This document shows positions 27,684 through 37,432 of a DNA stretch of 64,000 bases, piece by piece (position 1 is the stretch's first letter; each line of letters starts with the position of its first letter). The translations under genes were made by a program, and so were the position numbers. The stretch is from an uncultured Gammaproteobacteria bacterium (lineage in GTDB: Bacteria; Patescibacteriota; Patescibacteriia; Magasanikbacterales; UBA922), in NCBI GenBank assembly GCA_964418775.1, contig CAYQNA010000001.1, forward strand, positions 446 to 64,445, given 5' to 3'. The notes beneath the pieces were generated by a model. The model saw only the letters and a list, made by a program, of their open reading frames with translations. It was not told the origin of the DNA and made no database searches.

Positions 27684-30038
27684 ATGAATTTGATTCACAA
27701 TAGTTTAATTTTTTTAATAACTGCCGTTACCATAGGCCTTGGCGTTTTATTTTTTTCAGTACAGCAAACACAGGCTGTGGCCGTTTTAAACCAAATATAC
27801 AGCACTAACGTGGTCTCCAGTACGATTGGTAGTACAGCTCGACAGGTACGCGTTGACCCTGCAACGGGCAAGACCTATGTGTTAGGACTTAGTACAACGG
27901 CGTTGGGCGCCATATCCGCAGACGGGTCGTCATTTTATACAATAGCCTACGACGTGTCATTGCCATCGTATACGTCAGTCGATTTCGCTGTCTCCAATAG
28001 TCGATTGTTCATTACCCTGACTGGTGGTTCTGCGTCAGGGGTTTATCGGTATGATATTAGTGGCAGTGCAGCCAATTTTGTGGCAAGCACCACCCTTGCT
28101 GCTGGGGCAACATCAGCAACGTTTGGCGACGGAGTCGTATATATTAGTAAATCAACCGCACTCGTAACCTATGATACTAGTTTAATAAAGATTGCCTCCA
28201 CCACACTGAGTAACGCCCCAAGTAAGATTGCTTATGCCAACGGAAAGTTGTTTTACATGACCTCGGCCGGTAGAATTGCCTGGAACGATTTAACTTCGAT
28301 CGACACTACGATTGCGACTATTGGCGGAAGTAGTATTGTTAAGGGTCTGGCCGCAGCAAATGACGCTAGCGCAGTTTATTTTGCCAGCAGCACATCGATT
28401 AGAAAAATATCATTAACTCTGGGTACTTTGTGGTCAATGCCAACCTCAACGTTGGTTATGGATATGAACACCAGCACAGGGAGAATAACCATAATTAATG
28501 GTGGCGGAGTGGCCTCGTTGTATGATCCAATTAATGCGGTTAGCAGTTTTGCGGTTAGTGCCAGCAGTACCGATGCGATTTTAACCTGGACAACCGGTGT
28601 TTCTGATAGTGACTTTAGGGGTGTCACAATCCGCCGCAGTAGCAGCGGTTATCCTGCAAGTGCGACCGATGGTACAGCGGTAACTTCGACAGCCACAGTT
28701 ACCAGCTTCACAGACGGCGGTTTAAGCGACGGTACCTATTATTATAGTATTTTTAATCAAACTACAGACGGGTATTACAGCAGTGCGGTAACCAGTTCGG
28801 TTACGATCGATACGACAGCACCATCTGCACCAACTTTGGCCGCAGAGGTTAGTGGTGGCACGGGTGTGAGTTTATCGTGGGACTCGCCAGCAACCACGGC
28901 GTCGTTTGTGTTGCGCCGCAGCACAGACACATACCCAACCTCTGTGTCCGATGGTACGACGGTTACATCTACTAGTTCGAGTGTGACCAGTTTTTCTGAC
29001 ACTGGGTTGTCTGATGCCATGTATTATTATAGTATTTTTGCGGCCGACAGCTATGGCAATTATTCGAGCGCGGGCACAGCGAGTGTGACAATTGATACGA
29101 CCGCGCCAAACGCTCCAACCTTGAGTGCGAGTGCAACTGGCAGTACAGTTAATTTGTCCTGGGACTCGCCAGCGACCACAGCATCGTTTGTGTTGCGGCG
29201 CAGTGCGAGTGGATTTCCTAGTTCAATTTCAGATGGTTCGGCAGTTACGTCGACAACTGAAACAAGTTTTTCTCAATCAAGTTTATCTGACGGCGTGTAC
29301 TACTACAGCATTTTTGCGGCTGATAGCCTGAGCAATTATTCAACAGCCGGAACAGCGAGTGTGACGGTTGATACTGCGGTCCGGTCAACACCGAGCAGTG
29401 GTGGCGGGGGAGCAGCGGCGGTTGTGCCTTCCGCTGCTTCGGTTGCGGCACCGCTGAGTTTTGGAATTATGAAAAGTTCGTCGCCAACAATTGGTTTACA
29501 ATTAAATGCGAATCCGGCCACTGTGCGCGGGTATGCGGTTTCGATCGACCCCACATTCAAAGACGCGAGCATTCAACCATTAAATTCCATCACAAACACG
29601 ACCATCACTTTGCCCAATAAATCCGGGGTTTATACTGTGTATTTAAAATATTTCTCGGTCACTGGGCAAGCTTCGGAAGTTTTCTCGCAAACCATAACTT
29701 ACACTGCGTCAAGCAGTGTGGGTACAACTAATAGTGCTCCAATCAATGTGAATGTTCCATCGGCTCCTAATACATTCAAGCGCACACTGCAACTCGGCAG
29801 CCAGGGGAATGATGTCAAAGCTTTACAACAATTTTTGAATACAAATGGTTACACGGTTGCACAATCTGGTGCCGGCTCGCCAGGCAAAGAGAGTACTGTC
29901 TATGGTCCAGCCACAGCCAAAGCCGTCACCAAATTCCAGGAAGTCAATGCCGTCAAAATTCTCCAACCACTCGGACTCAAAAAAGGCACTGGCGTGTTCG
30001 GCAGTGCGACAATAAAAGCGTTGAGTTCAATTATCTAG
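27684..30038 (+). CDS. Secreted Ser/Thr-rich surface protein with 3 fibronectin-III-like repeats and a C-terminal peptidoglycan-binding domain
   Basis: Signal peptide; three repeats like 'LSW...(F/T)(V/I)(L)RRS...P.S.SDG..V...F.D.GLSDG.YYYSIF'; LQLGSQGNDVKALQQFLN...T.KAV.KFQ. Confidence 0.8.
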   Translation: MNLIHNSLIFLITAVTIGLGVLFFSVQQTQAVAVLNQIYSTNVVSSTIGSTARQVRVDPATGKTYVLGLSTTALGAISADGSSFYTIAYDVSLPSYTSVDFAVSNSRLFITLTGGSASGVYRYDISGSAANFVASTTLAAGATSATFGDGVVYISKSTALVTYDTSLIKIASTTLSNAPSKIAYANGKLFYMTSAGRIAWNDLTSIDTTIATIGGSSIVKGLAAANDASAVYFASSTSIRKISLTLGTLWSMPTSTLVMDMNTSTGRITIINGGGVASLYDPINAVSSFAVSASSTDAILTWTTGVSDSDFRGVTIRRSSSGYPASATDGTAVTSTATVTSFTDGGLSDGTYYYSIFNQTTDGYYSSAVTSSVTIDTTAPSAPTLAAEVSGGTGVSLSWDSPATTASFVLRRSTDTYPTSVSDGTTVTSTSSSVTSFSDTGLSDAMYYYSIFAADSYGNYSSAGTASVTIDTTAPNAPTLSASATGSTVNLSWDSPATTASFVLRRSASGFPSSISDGSAVTSTTETSFSQSSLSDGVYYYSIFAADSLSNYSTAGTASVTVDTAVRSTPSSGGGGAAAVVPSAASVAAPLSFGIMKSSSPTIGLQLNANPATVRGYAVSIDPTFKDASIQPLNSITNTTITLPNKSGVYTVYLKYFSVTGQASEVFSQTITYTASSSVGTTNSAPINVNVPSAPNTFKRTLQLGSQGNDVKALQQFLNTNGYTVAQSGAGSPGKESTVYGPATAKAVTKFQEVNAVKILQPLGLKKGTGVFGSATIKALSSII
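28540..29380 (+). repeat. Intragenic ~280-bp diverged tandem repeats (FN3 units)
   Basis: GGGACTCGCCAGC.ACCAC.GC.TCGTTTGTGTTGCG.CGCAG at about 28879 and at 29161; TATTATAGTATTTTT recurs. Confidence 0.75.
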
Positions 30039-30620
30039 GGCTTCAAGTTCCGCCGCTACTTTTTTAAACATTTTTTCGTGCCCCGCCGCGTTGGGGTGTA
30101 ACCCGTCTGCTAAATCTTTTTTGTCTACCGCGTCACTCATTTTAAGATAAGAAACATTATTTTCGGTGCAAAAACTTTGCAAAATAGAATCGAGCGTCTC
30201 TATATTGCGATTTAAGAAAGATTTGTTGGTGTTCCAAGGGGTGGGACTTGTTTTCGTTTCGTCCACTCGGGTAAGGCCAATAAACCAGATTTTGTTTGTC
30301 AATTTTTTAGCGGCCAAATATAGATGCTTGACTGTCATTGCAAAATCACCAGGATCGGTGCGCAAACTGTTGGTTGAATGGATAAACTGCGCATCATTGA
30401 TACCAATCGCAAACACAATTACATCGACTTCGCGGGCTTTGGCTTCATGCTCAAATCTAGCCAACAGTTCGGAGGCTACTTCGCCAGAGATCCCTAAGTT
30501 GTAAACGCGAGTCTCATCGTGGCTGTTAGCCAAGGAACTTCGAAGGCGGGCAACCCAGCCGCTTTGCTCGTTGTCGCAAGCACCCCAAGTAATACTATCT
30601 CCAAAAATACAAATATTCAT
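30027..30620 (-). CDS. SGNH/GDSL hydrolase
   Basis: FGDSIT, NLGISG, GIND, DGLHPN. Confidence 0.92.
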   Translation of the reverse strand: MNICIFGDSITWGACDNEQSGWVARLRSSLANSHDETRVYNLGISGEVASELLARFEHEAKAREVDVIVFAIGINDAQFIHSTNSLRTDPGDFAMTVKHLYLAAKKLTNKIWFIGLTRVDETKTSPTPWNTNKSFLNRNIETLDSILQSFCTENNVSYLKMSDAVDKKDLADGLHPNAAGHEKMFKKVAAELEALDN

Positions 30621-30656
30621 AATATATCAGCCTTGAAGATAGCCTTATTTTCTCTG

Positions 30657-30728
30657 AGCGGGTAGCGGGAGTCGAACCCGCGTCATCAGTTTGGAAAACT
30701 GACATAATAGCCGTTATACGATACCCGC
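30657..30728 (-). tRNA. tRNA-Gly(TCC)
   Basis: Cloverleaf GCGGGTA...TACCCGCT, anticodon loop TTTCCAA. Confidence 0.93.
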
Positions 30729-30764
30729 GTGATGAGGAAAGAATAGGTCAAATTAAGCTTTTTG

Positions 30765-32330
30765 TCAATCCTCGAGCTGTGGCGTTCTAATTCTTTTCAT
30801 AAACTGACCCAACGGTGATTGAGCTAGCTTGATCTCGCTATCAAGAGACAAATCGTCCCGTAGGTGAGATAGCTCTTGGGCTAAGATTTTTTCAAACAGA
30901 GCTGTCTCAGTGGGGCTAAAGGCATCATAAAAGGCGTTAAGATTGGCGAAATTATTCTCTTCCTCTTGGAGCAGAAAGTGGGCAACAAAGATCTGGAAAA
31001 ATTTCTCCGCATAGTTTTTGGTTACATCGCAATACGCCTCAAGCATGGCTAGGCAGCGGCAGTATTCTCGTAGCTCAGCAGGAGTGGTGACCCTGGTTTG
31101 GCTAATATTGTATTCTAGATCTTCAAAAATTAAATCTAGCTTGAATTTAAGTGTGTGTTTAAGGTTAAGTTCGACCACTGGGTCGCTCATTTCTGGCTCT
31201 TGAATTATTCTGGTTACGTTAACTATTTCATCTAAAGTAAAAAAGTAGCGGCACAATTTAATTTTCTCTACTCGTTCCCGTAGTTGTGGCCCAAAGTGAA
31301 AATCTAGATAGGCCGGAATATGTTTGTATTGGCTAGGCTTAAGAATAAAGAGCAGAGCCTCTACTTCCCGTCCTTCTTTGGGGTAAAGACTTCGTGAGGC
31401 CAATAAAGTATCATAAATAATATTGCAGATTCTAACAAACGCCTCTTTAAATTCAGTGGTTACGATTCGACCCCGCATGCCAAGGGCCGACAGTTCCTCG
31501 ACAAAATCATAAGCCATAGCGCCGGCAGTCGAAAGCCGAGACGTAAATTCAGTGAAGTCTTCCAAAAGATATGTTTCTAGATCTGTTTCAAAATTACTAA
31601 GGTGAGCCAAAATTTCCTCCTGCAAGCAGTCAATATATTTTGAACCACTTAGATTGGGGTTTCTTTTAAATTCTGCAGATAGGTCGCGCATGCGACCCTG
31701 GGTGTCCAAGATATTGTGAATGTTTTCATGATCAATAAATCTGTCTTCGTCATATTCAGCTAATACGCCTTCTTGCTGACAAATGATGTTGAATGCATTG
31801 TCACGTATATGAAATCCAACACTTCGGTGATGGGATTCGGAGATATTTTTTCGACTTGCCTGGAATGCCTCGGGCGTAAGAACTAAACTAATACTGAAAG
31901 GTCCTTTGACTATGCGAACAATCTCGCTCTGGTGGATTGGACGGCGAGACATGGAGGAAATTGCTTTTGCCCACTCTTCCTTGCTTTGCGCGCGTTCTGA
32001 GTCGACAATTTTTTGTTTGATTTTTAGATCTTCTTTGCATTCGTTTAAATATCCTAGGAATTCCCCAAACGGTGGGCTTTCAGGGGGTTCCCCAGAGTAG
32101 TTTGATGGAAGACCAATGTATGCAAGGGCCTCCTCCCTCATTTGGTCAGGGATTAAGGCGATTGCTTGTTCCCAAGTTTTTTCCAACACATCTGGTTCAA
32201 GGGTTTCTGATTTGCTAGTGAGAAGTTTGAAAAATAAGCCAATAATTTCGGCCTTAACTTGTAGTTGCTTTAAAGATTCTCGATAAGATTCGGGTAGTTC
32301 GGCGTGGGGTAGTGGACCTCGTTCGGGCAT
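30765..32330 (-). CDS. Hypothetical acidic protein with an HExxH motif
   Basis: 521-aa ORF; HENIH with downstream QEE. Confidence 0.7.
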   Translation of the reverse strand: MPERGPLPHAELPESYRESLKQLQVKAEIIGLFFKLLTSKSETLEPDVLEKTWEQAIALIPDQMREEALAYIGLPSNYSGEPPESPPFGEFLGYLNECKEDLKIKQKIVDSERAQSKEEWAKAISSMSRRPIHQSEIVRIVKGPFSISLVLTPEAFQASRKNISESHHRSVGFHIRDNAFNIICQQEGVLAEYDEDRFIDHENIHNILDTQGRMRDLSAEFKRNPNLSGSKYIDCLQEEILAHLSNFETDLETYLLEDFTEFTSRLSTAGAMAYDFVEELSALGMRGRIVTTEFKEAFVRICNIIYDTLLASRSLYPKEGREVEALLFILKPSQYKHIPAYLDFHFGPQLRERVEKIKLCRYFFTLDEIVNVTRIIQEPEMSDPVVELNLKHTLKFKLDLIFEDLEYNISQTRVTTPAELREYCRCLAMLEAYCDVTKNYAEKFFQIFVAHFLLQEEENNFANLNAFYDAFSPTETALFEKILAQELSHLRDDLSLDSEIKLAQSPLGQFMKRIRTPQLED

Positions 32331-32391
32331 ACAATTAGTGTTGAATCATGTCGTGAGTTGGGATAATTTTAGCACAAAAAAACTGCCTTTG

Positions 32392-32457
32392 CTAAAGTGG
32401 CTTTTTATGCGCTGTCGGGAACTTGTCACCGCCCTGTTTGAACTGGATCGAGAACAT
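32392..32457 (-). CDS. Possible 21-aa micro-ORF MFSIQFKQGGDKFPTAHKKPL, or a 5' remnant of a gene
   Basis: AAGGAG-N6-ATG; ends at a terminator-like hairpin with U-tract. Confidence 0.35.
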   Translation of the reverse strand: MFSIQFKQGGDKFPTAHKKPL

Positions 32458-32539
32458 GGTTGTCTCCTTAAAAATCCCTAAGACTTGCCAAAAAAGGCCG
32501 TTTATGCTAGTATTCCGGGGTTAAAATTATCTTTATTGT

Positions 32540-33109
32540 ATGGCAGACATTTCTGATATCCGCAAAGGCGCGGTGATCCGCCACCAGAACGACCTGTTTG
32601 TGGTGTCTGATTTTCATTTTGTGAACCCAGGTAAGGGCTCGGCTTTTACCAAAACCAAGCTCAAGAGTATTTCGACTGGCAAAGGCATGGAAATTACCTA
32701 CAAGAGTGCGGAAAATGTGGATATTGTACAGGTGCAGCGCCAGAATTTCCAATATTTGTACAAGAATGGCGAATTTTACACCTTCATGAACCAGGACAGT
32801 TACGAAAGTACTGATGTGAACGCGGATGTGGTCGGTGACGATGCCAAATATTTGAAAGAAGGCCTGGAAGTGATTGGAATTATGTACGAAGAGCGCGTGG
32901 TGGCCGTGGAGTTGCCAAAGAAAATTCAGTACAAAATTACACAGGCTGACCCAGCCGTTAAGGGTGATACTGCCGGCGGCAATGTGACTAAGGCTGCGAT
33001 TATGGACAATGGTTTGTCTGTGCAAGTGCCGATTTTCATTAAAGAAGGCGAGGAGATTTTGGTGAATACCGAAACTGGCGACTACGGTGGCCGTGTGAGT
33101 GAAAAATAA
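32540..33109 (+). CDS. efp: Translation elongation factor P
   Basis: HFVNPGKGSAF, VKGDTA, VP.FIKEGE.I.VNT..G.Y..R. Confidence 0.97.
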   Translation: MADISDIRKGAVIRHQNDLFVVSDFHFVNPGKGSAFTKTKLKSISTGKGMEITYKSAENVDIVQVQRQNFQYLYKNGEFYTFMNQDSYESTDVNADVVGDDAKYLKEGLEVIGIMYEERVVAVELPKKIQYKITQADPAVKGDTAGGNVTKAAIMDNGLSVQVPIFIKEGEEILVNTETGDYGGRVSEK

Positions 33110-33188
33110 AGTTTGATGTAAAAAGGCCCCACTTGGGGCCTTTTTTAATCTTTACAAAATGCTTAAAATCCGCTAAGCTAGGCCACAT

Positions 33189-34832
33189 ATGCTGCGTAAT
33201 TTCTTCCAAAAAATTCCTACGATTGTGTGGGTGGTTTTGAGTTATACGGTGCTGGCGATTATGTTTACGTGGCCGCTCGCGTTGCATTTTAATACGCATT
33301 TATTGGGCGCGCCCGAAGATAACCAGCAATTTTATTGGAACTTGTGGTGGTGGCAAAAGGCGCTGGGTGATGGGCATAATCCATTTTTCACAAGCTGGTT
33401 GTTTTTTCCGCGTGGTACCAGTCTACTTTTGCACACCATTTCGCCACTCAACGCTGTCCTCGCGCAAATCTTCTCGCTGGTTTTTAATTTGGCGACGAGT
33501 TTTAATTTGCTGATTTTCTTTTCGCTCATTGTGTCGGGCGTGAGCATGTATTATTTAACACTTGATTTGGGCAAGGACAAACGCGCGGCCTGGTTGGCGG
33601 GTGTGATTTTTACGCTGGCGCCGCGGCACATTAGCCATATTTATCATCACCTGAATATTATTGGCATTCAGTTTATTCCACTCGTGATTTTGTGTTTGCG
33701 CCGTGTGTGGCAGGGGGTGCGGCCGTATTATTTTGGGGTATGGGCCGCAGTGTGGCTGATCCTTACATTTTACACGGATTTTTATAATGCGTTATACATT
33801 GGTTTGTGGTGTGTGCTGTTTGTGTTGTGGAAGTTGTTGTGGGAAAGAAAGGAATTAGGTCGAAAAATTATTGCTACCGGAGTAACAGTTATCGTAACAA
33901 TAGTCGCGTGTGCGCCGTTGATTTACCCAATGGTCAAAGAAAAAAACTCGGCCGATTATCCGGAGTGGGGTTGGGATATGTATGGCGCGAATTTGGTGTC
34001 GTTTGTGTTGCCGCCACCATATCATTGGTTGGTGGGTGAGCGTATAGCCCCGTATTACAAGCAAATTGGTTTGAACGAGTGGGAGTCCACGCATTATTTG
34101 GGTGCGGTGGTGGTGTTACTTGGTTTGTATGGTTGGTGGCGCAATCGGCGTGAGTTGTCGTTTTGGCTGGGCACGGGTGTGTTTTTTGCTGTGCTGTCGT
34201 TTGGGCCTGTGCTACGCATTTGGACTACGGCTGTGGGGAATTATTGGCCATATTATTGGATTGTGCAAAAAGTGCCGATTATTCAAATGGCTAAAACCGC
34301 GGGCCGATTTTCGATCTTTTTAATGCTCGCGCTCGCGGTTGCAGCGGCATTTGGCGCGCGCGAATTAATGACACGCTGGCAATGGCGTCACGGGACCAAG
34401 GGTGCGGTGACTGGTTTGGGTGTGATTGTGATTTTAATTGTGACTGAATTCGCGCCAGGTCCGGCACCACTCACCGAAGTGAAGGCGCCACAATTATATT
34501 ATAAAATTGCGTATGACACAGACCCGGGCGCGATTGTAGATATTCCAGCGGGCGAGTGGTTGGCGAACGAGCGGTACATGTTGTATCAAACCGTGCATGA
34601 CAAGCCAATTACAGCTGGCGCAGTGTCGCGTTCACGCAAAGATGCCGGCGAATTTTTGTGGGCGCTCAAATATACTCCAGAATATTTTAAGGAGCATGGT
34701 TTAAAATACGTGGCCTTGCACCGCGCATTTATGTCGCCCAAAGATTGGGAATTGTGGCAGGGTTGGCTGGTAGAAGCGCGATTTGTGCCAGCGGCCAATG
34801 ATGGCGACGTGGCGATTTACCGCGCGTATTGA
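33189..34832 (+). CDS. Multi-pass membrane protein, GT-C/YfhO-like glycosyltransferase
   Basis: TWPL...D..QFYWNLWW, FFP.G.SL, many TM helices, YLG, GRF. Confidence 0.65.
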   Translation: MLRNFFQKIPTIVWVVLSYTVLAIMFTWPLALHFNTHLLGAPEDNQQFYWNLWWWQKALGDGHNPFFTSWLFFPRGTSLLLHTISPLNAVLAQIFSLVFNLATSFNLLIFFSLIVSGVSMYYLTLDLGKDKRAAWLAGVIFTLAPRHISHIYHHLNIIGIQFIPLVILCLRRVWQGVRPYYFGVWAAVWLILTFYTDFYNALYIGLWCVLFVLWKLLWERKELGRKIIATGVTVIVTIVACAPLIYPMVKEKNSADYPEWGWDMYGANLVSFVLPPPYHWLVGERIAPYYKQIGLNEWESTHYLGAVVVLLGLYGWWRNRRELSFWLGTGVFFAVLSFGPVLRIWTTAVGNYWPYYWIVQKVPIIQMAKTAGRFSIFLMLALAVAAAFGARELMTRWQWRHGTKGAVTGLGVIVILIVTEFAPGPAPLTEVKAPQLYYKIAYDTDPGAIVDIPAGEWLANERYMLYQTVHDKPITAGAVSRSRKDAGEFLWALKYTPEYFKEHGLKYVALHRAFMSPKDWELWQGWLVEARFVPAANDGDVAIYRAY

Positions 34833-36649
34833 GTGGTGGCGCGAACAATGGCCGCGGCGTCGATTCCTTCGTACGTTAATAATTTTTCAGGTGTGCCGCT
34901 CATCGGAAGTTTGGTAACAGCCAGAGAAATAACCGGTGTTTTGCGCCCACTAAGCGCGGCCGCCACAGCTTCGCCAATTCCGCCCTCGGGATAATGGTCT
35001 TCTACCACAATAATGGCGCGTGTTTCGGCCGCGGCTTTTTGCAAAGTTTTTACATCAAGTGGTTTGATCGAATACAAATCAATGACGCGCGCATTGATAT
35101 TTTTTTTCTTCAGTTCGGTGTGGGCTTTGAGGGCTTCATATACTGTTACGCCCGCAGCCACAATTGTCACCGCATCATTACTACTTGATTTAAGCGTGTG
35201 ACTGCCACCGATTTTAAAGGCTTGAGTTGGTTTATAGAGTGGGGCTGCAGCACCGCGGGTCGTGCGAAGGTACACAATCCCGTCGTGTTTGGCTGCTATA
35301 ATACTCAATTTTTCTTCGGCCACGTGGTCGGCTGGGTAGAGGACAACGCTGTCGGGAATGGTGCGGAACAGTGCCAAATCTTCGAGCCCCATTTGCGAGC
35401 CGCCGTCTTGGCCAATGGAGACGCCGCAATGCGAGCCAACAAATTTTACATTTGCGCCACTGTGGCGAGTCATGCGAATTTGGTCAGCAGCACGGGTGAA
35501 AAACGCGGCAAACGTGGAGACAAACGGAATTTTTCCGCGGCGTGCTAAACCAACGGCGACGCCAACCATATTTTGCTCAGCAATATACATTTCAAAAAAG
35601 TTTTTTGGGTACGCTTTTTTAAATGTTTCGGCAAAACTCGAGTTGCTGACCTCGGCATCGAGCACAACCATGTTGGGGAAGTGCGGAAACATTTCCACGA
35701 GCGCGTGTCCGTACGCTTCGCGTGTGGAAAGTGCCTTGGCGTAATCACTGGCTTTGTCTAATTCAGCGAGTGGCTTTGTTTTTAATTTTAAAGGTTTTTT
35801 GTCCGCTGGTTTTTTGAGTGGGCAGATTAAATTAACATCAACTTTACCCAGTGATTGCAAGGCTTTTTGTAATTCAACTTCACTGAGCGCTTTGCCATGC
35901 CAGCCTTCTTTGTTTTCCAAAAAACTAACCCCTTTGCCTTTGATTGTTTTGGCAATAATTAAAAATGGGACGCGTGATTTTTGGGCTGTGGCAAATGCCT
36001 TGGTAATTTGTTTGTGGTCATGGCCATCAATTACCACTGTACTCCAACCAAATGCCTCAGCTTTTTTCTGATAATTTTTTACGTCATGGCCAAACATGGT
36101 CTCGCCGCGCTGACCCAAACGATTCACATCGACAATCGCAATTAAATTATCGAGTTTGTAATGCGCGGCACTCATCATGGCTTCCCAATTCGAGCCCTCG
36201 GCCATTTCACTGTCGCCGAGTAACACATAGGTTTTGTATGGCAATTTGTCTAAATATTTGGCATTCAGGGCCATGCCCACGCCAATCGAAAGACCCTGGC
36301 CAAGCGAACCAGTGGCTGCTTCGGTAAAGGGAAAATGTAGTGTTGGGTGACCTTCCAAACGACTGCCAAATTGGCGGAGTGTTAATAATTCTTCATTCGG
36401 AATACCACCAGCCACAGCCCACATGGCGTAGAAGAGTGGTGATGCGTGACCTTTTGAAAAAATCAGGCGGTCATTATTGGGGTGGGCCGGATTTGTGACT
36501 TCAAATTTGAAAAATCCGCCAAACATTAGCCCAGCCATCACATCAGTTGCAGACAAAGATGACGTCGGGTGCCCAGAACCAGCGGCCGTAGTCATGGTCA
36601 AAATATGGTGGCGAAGCGTTTTAGTGCATTCCAGAATTGAGACAGGCAT
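34817..36649 (-). CDS. tkt: Transketolase
   Basis: GSGHPTSSLS, SKGHA, GSLGQG, ThDP motif GDSE..EG...N, IAEQNM, EDHY..GG; start moved to ATG 36649. Confidence 0.93.
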   Translation of the reverse strand: MPVSILECTKTLRHHILTMTTAAGSGHPTSSLSATDVMAGLMFGGFFKFEVTNPAHPNNDRLIFSKGHASPLFYAMWAVAGGIPNEELLTLRQFGSRLEGHPTLHFPFTEAATGSLGQGLSIGVGMALNAKYLDKLPYKTYVLLGDSEMAEGSNWEAMMSAAHYKLDNLIAIVDVNRLGQRGETMFGHDVKNYQKKAEAFGWSTVVIDGHDHKQITKAFATAQKSRVPFLIIAKTIKGKGVSFLENKEGWHGKALSEVELQKALQSLGKVDVNLICPLKKPADKKPLKLKTKPLAELDKASDYAKALSTREAYGHALVEMFPHFPNMVVLDAEVSNSSFAETFKKAYPKNFFEMYIAEQNMVGVAVGLARRGKIPFVSTFAAFFTRAADQIRMTRHSGANVKFVGSHCGVSIGQDGGSQMGLEDLALFRTIPDSVVLYPADHVAEEKLSIIAAKHDGIVYLRTTRGAAAPLYKPTQAFKIGGSHTLKSSSNDAVTIVAAGVTVYEALKAHTELKKKNINARVIDLYSIKPLDVKTLQKAAAETRAIIVVEDHYPEGGIGEAVAAALSGRKTPVISLAVTKLPMSGTPEKLLTYEGIDAAAIVRATTQYAR

Positions 36650-36728
36650 ACCCGGAAACATTGACAAAAAGCGTAAAATATGATATATTCGGCCGTCTGT
36701 TGGCGCAGACACAAGAGAGGGGGCCACT

Positions 36729-37040
36729 ATGGCCAAAGAGAAAACGGATAAGAAGAAGTTCCTCATCCTCGTCGTCCTGAAGAGTTCGACGGAAGTTCAC
36801 CCGCACAACTGCGAAGTGGTAACCGAGGAGGATGCCCTCGAACACTTCCGATCGGAGAACCCGGGTGAGCAGATCTTGGCTCACTGTGTCCTCCCAGAGG
36901 ACAACTACTGGGTTAAGAAGCTCAGGCTCCTCGAGGGGCTGGGCAGCGGCGATGCGTTCTTCGATGGGTTGAACGAGCTCGTCGAGCTCATCTACTCGCT
37001 CGGCCTGGTCGCACCGATCGTTCGTCACACCGACAACTGA
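36729..37040 (+). CDS. 103-aa hypothetical protein with atypical GC3-rich codon usage
   Basis: Promoter TTGACA-17-TATATT (36661-36689), SD GAGAGGGGG, terminator about 37105-37140. Confidence 0.75.
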   Translation: MAKEKTDKKKFLILVVLKSSTEVHPHNCEVVTEEDALEHFRSENPGEQILAHCVLPEDNYWVKKLRLLEGLGSGDAFFDGLNELVELIYSLGLVAPIVRHTDN

Positions 37041-37164
37041 CAACCAACCGCGCCAACGGGCCGGGGAGGAAGCGTTCAGCCGAATCCCCGTCACCATATT
37101 TTTAAAAAACATCCTTTGCATTTGCTCGGGATGTTTTTATTTTAGCACAGAAATTTGTTTATCG

Positions 37165-37431
37165 CTATGAGTTTACGTGCGTAAAACGCGACATTTGGCG
37201 ACCGTCATGTTCAATCGTGGCGAGAAACACGCTGACAGGTCTGATCCAAATTATTTTATCATCATATTCCGCTTGGTACGAAATGGCTGGCTCGCCTGTG
37301 GCTTCGATAATGCCATGCGCCACAATTGTGTAAAATTGATTGGGATTTTTGTAATGAAAATAACGCGCGCCAAGTGGAACTTGTTGTTTGAGGGTATCGA
37401 GCGCAGCGACAAATTCTTTGGTATCTTTCAT
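37165..37431 (-). CDS. DUF1653-domain protein
   Basis: Y.HYK...Y.I...E.T.E...Y.A.Y....WIRPVS.F....RF; real start ATG 37431. Confidence 0.85.
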   Translation of the reverse strand: MKDTKEFVAALDTLKQQVPLGARYFHYKNPNQFYTIVAHGIIEATGEPAISYQAEYDDKIIWIRPVSVFLATIEHDGRQMSRFTHVNS

Positions 37432-37432
37432 A

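Noticed and set aside
36650-36766. N-terminal extension of the transketolase ORF (similarly ORFs starting at 3745, 8583, 37689 and 56647)
   Set aside because: Upstream in-frame starts overlap promoters or neighbouring genes; family similarity begins at later ATGs.
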